NCBI GenBank assembly: GCA_965205025.1
Contig: CBDBFU010000014.1
Span: 96,001 to 160,000 of the forward strand
Direction of reading: 5' to 3'
DNA: 64,000 nucleotides
Source: Candidatus Poribacteria bacterium
Lineage (GTDB): Bacteria > Poribacteria > WGA-4E > WGA-3G
Translations under genes and position numbers: made by a program
Shown here: in pieces, positions 31,164-41,986 of the stretch
Layout: every line of letters starts with the position of its first letter
Position numbering within the stretch: the first letter of the stretch is position 1
Notes under the pieces: model-generated
Seen by the model: only the letters and a program-made list of their open reading frames with translations
Told to the model about the DNA's origin: nothing
Database searches by the model: none

Positions 31164-31203
31164 GAGATAATTTATGTTTAAGAAGTTGTTCTTTGGAATT
31201 ACT

Positions 31204-31465
31204 TGAAGTGCCCCCGTTTATTCAGACCACAAATTAGCATAGTTAAGACAAGTTTTTTCGTTGAAATTCTATAGGTGTCAAATACCCTAACGCCGAATGT
31301 GGTCGTTTTTGGTGATACACCTGAGTGATAAAATGTCCAATACGTTCTTGAACTTCGTGAATGTCCTCATAGTCGTTGAGATGAACTTCTTCTTCCTTGA
31401 GGGTGCGGATAAGTCTTTCAGCATATCCGTTCTCCCAAGGACACCCTCTATGAGCGTCGGTATTA
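31204..31465 (-). pseudogene. IS3-family remnant (right end)
   Basis: TGAAGTGCCCCCG terminal repeat; minus frame YHQKRPHSALGYLTPIEF is the IS3 OrfB C-terminus; truncates an ORF starting at 31174. Confidence 0.75.
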
Positions 31466-31572
31466 GAAGGTGCGTATAATTTTTTAAAATAATTGTCATA
31501 AGATCCCGTATATGCTACAATAATCTATTGAAACACCTTACAGAAAACGGAGCACACGGCAATAATTCAGAT

Positions 31573-34500
31573 ATGACCTTTCAAGAAATAATATTAGCTT
31601 TAGAGAAATTTTGGGCAGACCAAGGATGCATCATTCAACAACCATGCGATATAGAAGTCGGAGCAGGAACATTTAACCCAGCAACATTCCTACGATGTCT
31701 CGGTCCAGAACCATGGAAAGTCGCTTATGTCGAACCTGTCCGAAGACCAACCGACGGTAGATATGCTGAAAACCCTTTCCGACTCGGGGCATACTACCAA
31801 TATCAAGTCATCTTAAAACCAGCCCCCGAAAATGTACTACCCCTTTACTTGGAGAGTCTTTATCATCTCGGTATTTCTCCGCGGAAAAACGACATTCGCT
31901 TTGTAGAAGACGACTGGGAATCACCTACCCTCGGGGCTTCTGGTCTCGGATGGGAAGTTTGGTGGAACGGTGCTGAGGTCACACAATTCACATATTTTCA
32001 ACAGATGGGTAGCATAGAACTCAATCCAATTTCCGCTGAAATTACTTACGGATTAGAACGCATTGCACTCTACTTACAGGATGTCGATACATTCTTTGAC
32101 ATCCGTTGGAACGAACACATTAACTATGGGGATGTCTACCACCAAGCGGAAGTCGAGTACTCAACCTACAATTTTGAACACGCCAACGTCAATATGCTGT
32201 TTGACCAGTTTAGCACTTATGAGAAAGAAACCTATGCATGTTTAGACGCCGGTTTAGTTCTTCCCGCAACCGACCATGTGCTGAAATGTTCACACACCTT
32301 CAACATGCTCGATGCACGCGGTGTTATCAGTGTAACTGAACGAGTCAGTTATATTGAACGTGTTCGAAGACTTGCACAGAGAATTGCACGCGCTTATGTA
32401 GAACAACGCGAAGAGATGGAACATCCACTCCTCAACAGTTTCAAAACAGAATCGTCTCCAATTGAAGTCAGAGAATCTGCTTACCACAATACCAATCAAG
32501 AACAGGATAATGCAGACCTCCTCTTTGAAATCGGAACAGAAGAGATACCAGCAAGTTATATCCCTCCAGTATTAAATCAACTTAAAGAAATCGCATCCGA
32601 TTCACTCTCTACACACAGAATACAAATTGGTGAGATCCAAACATTCGGCACTCCACGTCGCATTACACTTGCAATTAAGGATATTAAAACACATCAGGAA
32701 AGCCAAGAAACAGAAGTTGTAGGACCACCAAAACAGATTGCCTTTGATGATAACGGTGAACCCACAAAAGCTGCCATCGGTTTCGCCAAAACACAAGGTG
32801 TAGATATTGCTGATCTCCACATTGTTGAAACCGAACGTGGTGAGTATATTGCTGCGTCTAAAAAGGAAATTGGTCTACCAACACAAGAATTACTCCAATC
32901 CTTTATACCAGAATGGATTGAAGCACTTCGTTTTCCAAAAACAATGCAATGGGAAAATGTAGACAATGCAACACAAGCACGACCTCGCTTTGCACGTCCC
33001 ATTCGATGGATTGTCGCTTTACTCGGTGAAAAAATCATCGACTGTTCCTATGGTGCTGCACAAGCAGGACGACAAACTTATGGTCATCGTTCACTATATC
33101 CAGATCCAATTACATTAGATTCAGCGGATGTGGATTCCTATATTAAAACATTACTCGATGCAGGTGTTAATGTCTGTCCCATAAAACGCAGAGAAATTAT
33201 CAAAGAAAAAGTACGAAATACATTTGAATCCGAAGGGTGTTTAATCAAAATAGATGAAGAGCTTTTAGATACAGTTAACTACCTTGTTGAAAATCCACAA
33301 CCTATAGTTGGAAATTATAGTGAATCACATTTGGAAATTCCGCCTGAAGTATTGATAACTGCAATGAAAAAACACCAACGTTATTTCCCTATGTGGAAAA
33401 CTGAAACTGAACTTGTACCGAAATTCATTACGATTTCAAATGGAACAGATGGAAATATGGATGGCGTACAACACGGAAACGAACGGGTTCTGAATGCTCG
33501 GTTAAATGATGCTGAATTCTTTTATAGAGAAGATCAAAAAACTTCTCTCGCGGAAAAAGTAGATAGATTGGATACTGTTATATTCCATGCAAAACTGGGT
33601 TCTCTATTGAACAAGGCAGAACGTCTAAAAGTATTGGTTAGATTCATTAGTACAGAATTAAAAATTACTGAAACAACAATACATCAAGTTGAACAGGCGG
33701 CCTGGTTGTGTAAAGCTGACCTTACCACATATATGGTAATCGAATTCCCATCATTACAAGGTGTTACAGGACAATATTATGCAAGAAATTCTGGTGAGTC
33801 AGAGCAAGTTGCCACAGCAATCGCAGAACATTACCAACCATTGGGAGCAGACACACCTTTGCCTGAATCAGAAGTTGGTGCCATACTCGCTATAGCAGAC
33901 AAGATAGACACTATCGTCGGATACTTCGGTATTGAAGAACGGCCAACGGGTTCACAAGATCCATATTCATTACGTAGACATGCCCTCGGAACAATTCGTA
34001 TTCTTCAAGACCGTCAATTACCCCTTTCATTAGATGCAGTTGTGGAAAAAGCAATCTCACTTTATGATGTTAATTTAGCTGATGATACACAATCAAGTGT
34101 TCTAAGTTTTATTAAGGAACGTCTCCGCGTTATCCTACAAACGCATGAATACACCCCTGACCTTGCAGATGCAGTGTTAGCAGTCGGTGATGTTGACATT
34201 ATAGATATACTCAACCGTGCGAATGCTCTGGCTGAATTTCGCTTGACTCCTAATTTCGAGGATATATATAATGCACTCAATCGTGTATTGAGAATATTAC
34301 CCGATGATACATCAGAAAATGTGGATTATTCGCTACTAAGTGATGATGCGGAAAAACAACTCTATAAGCATCTTACAGATGCAGAACCCAACCTTGAAGG
34401 CTCTGTTCAAAAGAGATTATATTCACAACTACTAAAACAGTTAGCCAATTTACAACCTTCAATAGATCAGTTCTTTGATGATGTTTTAGTAATGGCAAAA

Positions 34501-34602
34501 GAATCTGATATACGGGAAAACCGTCTGGCATTACTCAATCGAATTGCAAGACGCATCTATGCTGTAGCCGACCTAACAAGACTGGTTATTGCTGGAGAAT
34601 AA
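31573..34602 (+). CDS. glyQS: Glycine-tRNA ligase, fused alpha and beta subunits
   Basis: MTFQEII...[10 protein letters not shown]...EITYGLERI (alpha) continuous with [11 protein letters not shown]...HQRYFP...PTGSQDPY (beta). Confidence 0.95.
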   Translation: MTFQEIILALEKFWADQGCIIQQPCDIEVGAGTFNPATFLRCLGPEPWKVAYVEPVRRPTDGRYAENPFRLGAYYQYQVILKPAPENVLPLYLESLYHLGISPRKNDIRFVEDDWESPTLGASGLGWEVWWNGAEVTQFTYFQQMGSIELNPISAEITYGLERIALYLQDVDTFFDIRWNEHINYGDVYHQAEVEYSTYNFEHANVNMLFDQFSTYEKETYACLDAGLVLPATDHVLKCSHTFNMLDARGVISVTERVSYIERVRRLAQRIARAYVEQREEMEHPLLNSFKTESSPIEVRESAYHNTNQEQDNADLLFEIGTEEIPASYIPPVLNQLKEIASDSLSTHRIQIGEIQTFGTPRRITLAIKDIKTHQESQETEVVGPPKQIAFDDNGEPTKAAIGFAKTQGVDIADLHIVETERGEYIAASKKEIGLPTQELLQSFIPEWIEALRFPKTMQWENVDNATQARPRFARPIRWIVALLGEKIIDCSYGAAQAGRQTYGHRSLYPDPITLDSADVDSYIKTLLDAGVNVCPIKRREIIKEKVRNTFESEGCLIKIDEELLDTVNYLVENPQPIVGNYSESHLEIPPEVLITAMKKHQRYFPMWKTETELVPKFITISNGTDGNMDGVQHGNERVLNARLNDAEFFYREDQKTSLAEKVDRLDTVIFHAKLGSLLNKAERLKVLVRFISTELKITETTIHQVEQAAWLCKADLTTYMVIEFPSLQGVTGQYYARNSGESEQVATAIAEHYQPLGADTPLPESEVGAILAIADKIDTIVGYFGIEERPTGSQDPYSLRRHALGTIRILQDRQLPLSLDAVVEKAISLYDVNLADDTQSSVLSFIKERLRVILQTHEYTPDLADAVLAVGDVDIIDILNRANALAEFRLTPNFEDIYNALNRVLRILPDDTSENVDYSLLSDDAEKQLYKHLTDAEPNLEGSVQKRLYSQLLKQLANLQPSIDQFFDDVLVMAKESDIRENRLALLNRIARRIYAVADLTRLVIAGE

Positions 34603-34675
34603 GCAAGTAGTTTACAGTTTTGTTGCAATTTAATATGACTGTCAACAGAAACATAACTATAAATGAATAAAACCT

Positions 34676-37600
34676 ATGAAACAATATTCTATATTTCTTG
34701 TTATACTTATATTATGTGGGACATTTATCATCGGTTGTGCTGATAAAGAAGACAAAGCACTTCTCTCTGCCAGACAAGCAATCGTTGACGGAAACTATCC
34801 AGCGGCACAAACAGCAGTTGATAAATCTCGACAAAACAACCCTGACAATCAGGAAGCAGTATTCCTAAGTCGTCTTCTACAGTTACGTACCAGTACAGAT
34901 ACAAACGGTTGGCATCAGGTTATCGCACAGATATTAGATCATTTGAAATCAGTTAATTCAGATATCAGAGCAATAACAATACTTGATGATCCCGATTCCG
35001 ATGAATTAAACAGACAAGAAAGACTTATAAGGTCACGGAATTCTATATCCGGTCTACTGGTTTCCGCACTTGCAATAGCGGTTGAAAAACAACCCGAACT
35101 TCTATCCAATTTAGCAAATAGATCGGATGCAGTCATTGTAACCGCTCTATTAGAAGCTCAAAAATGTTATCAACCGAATGTTCATACCACTATTGAGAAT
35201 CTATTCCAACAAATCAACACAACAACAGAAAACACAGTCGCAAATCTCACAGACATCCTAAATAATCCGAATCAGACAGATCCACAGATTAGGGAATCCG
35301 CCATTCGTGAATTATATACTCTCCAATCCTCTGACCAGATTCCAATATACCAATCAATCCTGTCCAAGACTGATGAAGCCCCAGAAGTGTCTTATAGTGC
35401 AATTGTCGCAGTAGAAGGACTCTGTCAACCCGATTCACCACTGAATGAACAAGTTATTCCCCTCCTTCAATTAGCAACAAGAAACAATAATGCACAAGTA
35501 CGTATGCACGCCGCCAAACTTATCGGTAAACTACAAACTGCCTCTGCTGTTGATGATCTCATCAAACTCCTATCTGATTCAAACGCATACGTTAGAACAA
35601 CAGCAATAGCAGCTCTTGACAGAATTGGACAACCATCGGTTCTACCGTTATTAGATGTTCTTGAGACCGGTGCAACAAATATAATCCCTGATGAAGATAA
35701 CGGTTTTTCTGATCAATACAAGTATATAGCAAGTGCATATATTGACGATTCTTGGATGAAAAAATATAGATTGAGAGCACAGACTGCTGCAATTGAAACC
35801 CTTGCTACACTCCGATCCGAAAAAGCAGTTCTCCCTATAATTCAACTCTTAGACAATGAAGATCTAAAAGGTGCAGCACATATTGCATTAATTACAATGC
35901 GTGGCACAGCAGTACCAGCACTAATACTCGCCCTACAAACTGGAGAACAAGTAATTCAGTTAGAGTCAGCAAAAGTATTAAGTTCTATTGGGGACCGACG
36001 AGCAATTGCACCCTTTATTGATATATTAATGGTTGATGTTGATAAAGAGGTGAAAGCAATTGCTGCACAAGGTCTGGGAAACATGAGAGCACGCGGTCCT
36101 GAAAACAGTGCCGTTATGGCTCTTTCAGAGGCACTGAAATTAGATGACACTACTGTTACCCAAGCAGCAGAAGCATTAGGAAAGATTAATGTCGATATTG
36201 AAGACACAACCCGTAAATTGATTGCAATTTCACTAGATAAACTCCGACGGGAAACTGTACGGACGGCAGCATTAAATGCATTATGGCAACTAAAACCTGC
36301 ATCCGCCACTCAACCCATGTTATTACTCATGCTAAATGATGAATCAAGTCCTGTTATTCGAGCGAATGCAGTGAAAGTTCTCAGCCGAATTCAGGATACT
36401 GAAACCCTTAATGCTCTGTTTTGGGTCTTATCAACACAATTTGATGAGATATCAGATTTTCAACGGCATATGAAACGTAAATTCAAAACGCTGGATGCAT
36501 TAAGATCTCATCTTGATTCTCTCAATATCATGTGGACAGCTGATTACCCACGTCCATATTACCGTATCTGGGGAGAACTTAAACCGATCCCAAGCCTTGT
36601 AAGGAGTGAAGTCGCAAGAGCACTCGGTATTTTTAAAGGTGAAATTGTCGTTGAACCGTTAGTGAATGCACTTACCGATGATCAACGCGCTACTGTCAGA
36701 CGGAATGCTGCATGGGCACTCGGGAGAGTTAGTGGGGATCAGGCAATTGATGCCCTTATTACCGCGTTAAAAAAGGATAAGCAAGGTGTCGTTAGACAAG
36801 AAGCTGCCATTGCATTAGGTACAATTAAATCAACTAAAAGTGTCGACGCGCTTTTGGATATCATAAAGACGGACAAATACGAAACTGCCCGTCTCGAAGC
36901 AACCAAAGCACTCCGAGAAATAAATCCAACACTGGCGGATAAAGGACTTGTTGATATTATCAAGAAAGGGCGAGGAAGTTTTGAAGACGGGTTTGAAGTA
37001 CAATCTGTACAGAACGAAGTAATCGGTGCCTTATTACATAATGGCAATGCCGTTACTACTGAACACCTACTAAATGCACTTAATTCTGCTGATGACGAAT
37101 GGACACACTGGGCAATAGTATATATGTTGGGTGTAATACACCATAAGTCATCCTTAGATGCTGTACTGTCTCGTATCGATCACGATAGTTATATAATTCG
37201 TAAAGAGGCAGTAACCCGATTAGGGGGATATAAAAACCGTGATACCGTTGAACCATTGATTGCTATCGTTCAAAATAAAACCGAATCGAAATCAATCCGT
37301 GCTGCTGCAATTGGATCCTTAAATGCACTACGCGATGAACGCTCTGCACCTATACTCCGGGAAGCCCTTAACGATGAAAATAGTGCAGTCCGTTGGTATG
37401 CTGTCGCTGGGTTAGGAGGCATAAAAGATGCGAAAGCAGTTGAAAAATTACGCCAAATGGTTGAAAATACTTTAGAAAATGATGCTATACGAGCTGCTGC
37501 AGTATCCGCAATCGGAAATATAGGTGATCAATCCTCAGAAGAGCTCCTTATTCGGGCACTTAGCAACCGAATTGGGAATATATCTAATAATGCCATCGCT

Positions 37601-38530
37601 GCTCTGGGTAATATGGAAATCATATCTGCTGTTCCCCATCTAATTAGAATTATGGAAGATGTGAGTATTCCATTGAATGCAGGTACAGCCTTATTAGCAA
37701 ATGCCTCACCACGCAGTAAAGCAACAGTTGCTCTCGGTAAAATTGGTGGACAAGATGCAATTACTGCATTAGCAAACCGCCTTATTGATGATACTGAATA
37801 TATTATTGCACTGGAAGATGAGGCAAATAGACGAAATTTAGCTTTAGATGATAGAAAACGGAATTGGAGCTGGGAACCTATTGTTGGTGCTGCGAAAAAG
37901 CATAAATTACCTGAATTCATAGCTGAAAAGATGCAGACACGCGTGGATGATGAATGGGAAAGTCCTCCTATCAGAAACGCTGCTTCTGTTGCTTTAGGAC
38001 GCACACGTTCACTTGATCCTACAAAACTACGAGAAACTCTCGCAGATCCAGTAGTGGATACACGGAAAGATACCGCACGCACAATCGGAGAATCTGGAAC
38101 AGTTGCTCTCATAGATGATCTCATCCTGGTAGCAAATGGTGAAAAGGAAGACAATAAAGATGTTCGGCGATTAGCAACACAAGCTTTAGGTGCACTCGCT
38201 CAGGCTTCCACTACAGACGCATTGATTGAAATAATGAATAAGGATGAAAATCATATTGAAATACGAAGAGATGCTGCACGTGCCCTTGGGAAAATAGCTT
38301 CAGATGGTGCAGTAGCTGCACTTGTGGATAAATTCACGAAACTATATGCCGATAAAACTGAGCGCGCACTACAATTAGATATCATTCGAGCAATGGGTGA
38401 TGCAAAAGACAAGAGTACAACACAAATTTTAGAAACGGTCTTAGAAGATACAGATGCAGATATACATTTCCTTGCGGCATCCGTCCTTTTTGATATAACA
38501 GGAAATGGATACGGATATAACCGACTGTAA
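34676..38530 (+). CDS. Large HEAT/PBS-lyase repeat lipoprotein
   Basis: Lipobox IIGC; many VRxxAAxALG repeats. Confidence 0.85.
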   Translation: MKQYSIFLVILILCGTFIIGCADKEDKALLSARQAIVDGNYPAAQTAVDKSRQNNPDNQEAVFLSRLLQLRTSTDTNGWHQVIAQILDHLKSVNSDIRAITILDDPDSDELNRQERLIRSRNSISGLLVSALAIAVEKQPELLSNLANRSDAVIVTALLEAQKCYQPNVHTTIENLFQQINTTTENTVANLTDILNNPNQTDPQIRESAIRELYTLQSSDQIPIYQSILSKTDEAPEVSYSAIVAVEGLCQPDSPLNEQVIPLLQLATRNNNAQVRMHAAKLIGKLQTASAVDDLIKLLSDSNAYVRTTAIAALDRIGQPSVLPLLDVLETGATNIIPDEDNGFSDQYKYIASAYIDDSWMKKYRLRAQTAAIETLATLRSEKAVLPIIQLLDNEDLKGAAHIALITMRGTAVPALILALQTGEQVIQLESAKVLSSIGDRRAIAPFIDILMVDVDKEVKAIAAQGLGNMRARGPENSAVMALSEALKLDDTTVTQAAEALGKINVDIEDTTRKLIAISLDKLRRETVRTAALNALWQLKPASATQPMLLLMLNDESSPVIRANAVKVLSRIQDTETLNALFWVLSTQFDEISDFQRHMKRKFKTLDALRSHLDSLNIMWTADYPRPYYRIWGELKPIPSLVRSEVARALGIFKGEIVVEPLVNALTDDQRATVRRNAAWALGRVSGDQAIDALITALKKDKQGVVRQEAAIALGTIKSTKSVDALLDIIKTDKYETARLEATKALREINPTLADKGLVDIIKKGRGSFEDGFEVQSVQNEVIGALLHNGNAVTTEHLLNALNSADDEWTHWAIVYMLGVIHHKSSLDAVLSRIDHDSYIIRKEAVTRLGGYKNRDTVEPLIAIVQNKTESKSIRAAAIGSLNALRDERSAPILREALNDENSAVRWYAVAGLGGIKDAKAVEKLRQMVENTLENDAIRAAAVSAIGNIGDQSSEELLIRALSNRIGNISNNAIAALGNMEIISAVPHLIRIMEDVSIPLNAGTALLANASPRSKATVALGKIGGQDAITALANRLIDDTEYIIALEDEANRRNLALDDRKRNWSWEPIVGAAKKHKLPEFIAEKMQTRVDDEWESPPIRNAASVALGRTRSLDPTKLRETLADPVVDTRKDTARTIGESGTVALIDDLILVANGEKEDNKDVRRLATQALGALAQASTTDALIEIMNKDENHIEIRRDAARALGKIASDGAVAALVDKFTKLYADKTERALQLDIIRAMGDAKDKSTTQILETVLEDTDADIHFLAASVLFDITGNGYGYNRL

Positions 38531-38554
38531 CGATAATCAGATCAATTAAGATCA

Positions 38555-38630
38555 TTACCCCAGAGGGGTAATATGTCTATAGAAAATGGTGTATTCACCC
38601 CTTGCACTCCAGCGGAGTGCTATGTCTATA
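38555..38630 (+). repeat. Pair of hairpin repeats (…TATGTCTATAGAAA family)
   Basis: TTACCCC-AGA-GGGGTAA and GCACTCC-AGC-GGAGTGC, each followed by TATGTCTATA. Confidence 0.7.
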
Positions 38631-38689
38631 AATAAGTGGCAACTTAAGATAAAATAACAACCATTAACCAATAACTGATAGGAGTTTAT

Positions 38690-39013
38690 ATGGCATTTTT
38701 TGAATTAAGGCAATACCGCACACAACCCGGACAACGCGACAACTGGGTAAAATATATGGAAGAAACAGTTATACCATTTCAGATTTCAAAAGGAATGGTA
38801 GTTATCGGAAGTTTCATCGGTGAGGAAGAAGATGACCTTTACGTCTGGATACGACGGTTTGAAAGTGAAGAACAGCGGGAACAACTTTACGCTGCTGTTT
38901 ATGAAGATGACCGATGGGTAAATGAGATTTCACCAAAAGTTGGAGAACTCATTGATAGATCCAAGATTGAGGTTACACGTATGGAACCCACTTCACGCTC
39001 ACCACATCAATAG
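38690..39013 (+). CDS. NIPSNAP family protein
   Basis: FFELRQYRTQPG...YVWIRRFES. Confidence 0.85.
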   Translation: MAFFELRQYRTQPGQRDNWVKYMEETVIPFQISKGMVVIGSFIGEEEDDLYVWIRRFESEEQREQLYAAVYEDDRWVNEISPKVGELIDRSKIEVTRMEPTSRSPHQ

Positions 39014-39030
39014 AATTACGGAGATACCGT

Positions 39031-39777
39031 ATGAATACTGAAGAAAAATATCTGTTCGATCTATGGGGATATGTCAATATTGAAGGTGTGTTGGGTGAAG
39101 AAGATTTGACAGAACTCAATGCATTAATTGATTCACAAAACTATCCTGATCCCAAGGACGATGATATCCATTCACAACGTTTCGGTGGTTTCTTAAGCTG
39201 GGAAAATGACGCGTTTCGGAGACTTCTAAACCATCCACGTATCATGCCGTGTTTAGCTGAGATTGTGGGACCTAAATTTAGACTTGATCATGTCTACGGT
39301 ATCTTGATGATAGATGGTAATCCAGGGGGTACACTTCACGGTGGCGGAACACCTTACGACCCATCACAATATTATGTCTTCAGAAATGACCGGATGTATA
39401 ACGGTCTAACTGTAGTATCATGGGCATTAACAGATATGCTTCCTGAACACGGTGGTTTCTGTTGTATCCCCGGAAGTCATAAAAGCAACTATCCCTGTCC
39501 TCCACAGTTCCGTCCCGTGGTAGACAACAAGACCTGTATGGCACCCGTTCATCAAAAGGCAGGAGATGTCGTTATTTTTACAGAGGCATTGACACATGGA
39601 ACGCTGCCCTGGACTGCAACACATGAACGTCGCTCAATTCTATTCAAATATTCTCCAGGACATGCATCCTGGGGACAAGGTAGATATGACGATGACCTAC
39701 GGGAACTCATGACCGAAGAAGATCAGAAATTAATGCTTGAACCACCTTACGTCGCACATCGAAAAACAGTGGTGTAA
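39031..39777 (+). CDS. Phytanoyl-CoA dioxygenase (PhyH) family protein
   Basis: GGFCCIPGSHK, AGDVVIFTEALTHG; first metal motif reads LHGG. Confidence 0.85.
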   Translation: MNTEEKYLFDLWGYVNIEGVLGEEDLTELNALIDSQNYPDPKDDDIHSQRFGGFLSWENDAFRRLLNHPRIMPCLAEIVGPKFRLDHVYGILMIDGNPGGTLHGGGTPYDPSQYYVFRNDRMYNGLTVVSWALTDMLPEHGGFCCIPGSHKSNYPCPPQFRPVVDNKTCMAPVHQKAGDVVIFTEALTHGTLPWTATHERRSILFKYSPGHASWGQGRYDDDLRELMTEEDQKLMLEPPYVAHRKTVV

Positions 39778-39933
39778 TACGGTGTGTAAAAGATTTTCAT
39801 TTTACCTAACACCAATGAAATCTCAATTCCAATTCATCCTGTCTGAATTTCGAGATTGACAGTTTATTCTTCACTACTATAGTTTGGACAATTCTAATTT
39901 AGGGAAACTGAGTATCTAATAATAAGTCTATTT

Positions 39934-40180
39934 TAACGCCAGCTTGATAATAAGAAATGTCAGTTCTATAAACAGTATTTTGTCCTGAGGACAATCTTTG
40001 TAGCACAAACTTTCCAGTTTGTGCAATCGGGTGTTAGTTAAAAGTTCGGGTTACAATGTGTCTTATCAAACTCACTTTATTTTAGGAGTTTTCTATATCA
40101 AAAATACCGTACTCCAGCGGAGTACTATGTCTATAGAAAACAATATCCTAACAGACTGGCACTCCAGCGGAGTGCTATGT
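39934..40180. repeat. Diverged IS982-end MITE with a GTAGCACAAAC hairpin, followed by a hairpin-repeat pair
   Basis: TAACGCCAGCTTGATAA...TTATCAAACTCACTTTA; GTACTCCAGCGGAGTAC and GCACTCCAGCGGAGTGC. Confidence 0.6.
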
Positions 40181-40248
40181 GTCAATACACTTCGTATGAA
40201 AAACATATAAGTACTTAACACATATTCAAGTAATATATGAATTAACAA

Positions 40249-40407
40249 ATGTGATTCACGGAGAAATGGTCTACTTTAAAATATAAACCCTTATAGAATA
40301 AGGCTTCGTAGAATTGCTCCGTGAAGGTTTCCGTGAAAGTACAATCATCTCGGAACGATAAATATTAACACCTTTCTCCATTTACATAATCCATACATCT
40401 AACATAA
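40249..40407. repeat. Inverted copy of 645-801
   Basis: Aligned by eye. Confidence 0.75.
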
Positions 40408-40502
40408 TACGGAACTGTGTGTCTATGGTTCTATGCATTAAATTTACACTGACAACTGACTATCGTTGACTGAGAGCCAATAGTTGACGGCTGATAGTTA
40501 AT

Positions 40503-41654
40503 CTACCAATCCGCGACACTACCATCTGATTCATAATAGTACTCACCACCGAGTTCTTCAGAATAAGTGTCAAGAATTTGCTCTGCCTCCTTCTCATCTA
40601 TCTCAAATCCTAATCCAGGCTTTGTGGGTAATTCAATATGACCATCAATAACCTGCCACTCATCTATAAATAACCCCGCCCCTAATCCATTATCAATTTG
40701 TTCCTGAATGAGAAAATTAGGTACAACAGCATCAACATGAAGGGAGGCAGAGAAAGCAACAGGTCCGATTGCACAGTGTGGGGCAATATGGATATAGTAT
40801 ACCTCTGCCATGTTAGCGATTTTCTTCAATTCTGTTATCCCACCTGCATGAGATGTATCCGGTTGCAAGTATGCTACAGCCTGCTTTTCAATCACATCAC
40901 GAAATTCCCATCGAGAAAGAAGACGTTCACCCGTAGCAATTGGATATGGCACATGGTCAGATACCAATTTTAATGCATCTACATTCTCTTGCGGAACTGG
41001 TTCTTCAACAAACATCGGACGCATCCCTTTTATCTCATTACATACCTCAATTGCAAGGGCAGGTGTCATTTTACCATGAAAATCAAATGCAAGTTCTATA
41101 TCAGGACCAACCATTTCCCGCATAGCATAGGCACGTTCGACAAAAGCATCAATCACAGTAGGAGGTTCATGACCACGCCATTTACCACCAGGTCCACTCT
41201 TGAACGCAGAATAATTACCCTTACTCTGCAGGAAATCAAGACGTTCTTTTGCAGCACCTAACCCCTCATCAGTCATGCTACCGATACCCCAATGAGCATA
41301 CACACGGATACGATCACGTACTGCACCCCCTAACAGTTTGTATGAAGGTACATCATAATATTTTCCAGCGATATCCCACAATGCCTGATCAATACCAGAC
41401 AATGCAGACATTAGGACATTGCCTCCTCTAAAGAATGCGGACCGATATACATGTTGCCAATGATGTTCAATGCGTAGTGGATCTTTACCGATATAATACT
41501 CAGTTAATTCTTCTACTGCAGCCCACGTGCTCTTAGGTTTACCTTCCAGTGTGGTCTCACCCCAACCAACGATACCGGTATCCGTCGTAATCTTTACAAG
41601 ACGCATACGATGACGAGGATAAAATTGTTCAATCTTTGCAATTTTCATTACCAT
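40503..41654 (-). CDS. dgoD: Galactonate dehydratase-like, mandelate racemase/enolase family
   Basis: DFHG, FVEEP, ATGERL, QPD, SVADW C-terminus. Confidence 0.75.
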   Translation of the reverse strand: MVMKIAKIEQFYPRHRMRLVKITTDTGIVGWGETTLEGKPKSTWAAVEELTEYYIGKDPLRIEHHWQHVYRSAFFRGGNVLMSALSGIDQALWDIAGKYYDVPSYKLLGGAVRDRIRVYAHWGIGSMTDEGLGAAKERLDFLQSKGNYSAFKSGPGGKWRGHEPPTVIDAFVERAYAMREMVGPDIELAFDFHGKMTPALAIEVCNEIKGMRPMFVEEPVPQENVDALKLVSDHVPYPIATGERLLSRWEFRDVIEKQAVAYLQPDTSHAGGITELKKIANMAEVYYIHIAPHCAIGPVAFSASLHVDAVVPNFLIQEQIDNGLGAGLFIDEWQVIDGHIELPTKPGLGFEIDEKEAEQILDTYSEELGGEYYYESDGSVADW

Positions 41655-41822
41655 TTCCTCTCATATATAGACTATTTTAACTATATTTGCTATTTTAATA
41701 GGAACACTGATAATTCACAACACATAATACCATCTGATTTCATGTATAAATCTTAGCTCAACAATATATCGTTTACAATAAACTATATTCTTGACATTAC
41801 CAACAACTAAGTCCTATTAACT

Positions 41823-41944
41823 AACGTGAGTTTGATAGTAGGCAAATAAGCTTCATTTTTCAAAAAATATTACTCTTATATGCCCGGTAGGTGCGGTTTC
41901 CTAACCGCACCGAACATAAAAATATGATTTATCAAACTCACGTT
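41823..41944 (+). mobile_element. IS982-end MITE with REP hairpin, 5-bp TSD TAACT
   Basis: TIRs and TSD; near-identical to 63058-63179. Confidence 0.85.
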
Positions 41945-41986
41945 TAACTAACAACTTACAACTATTAACTATTCCAAGGAGAACTA

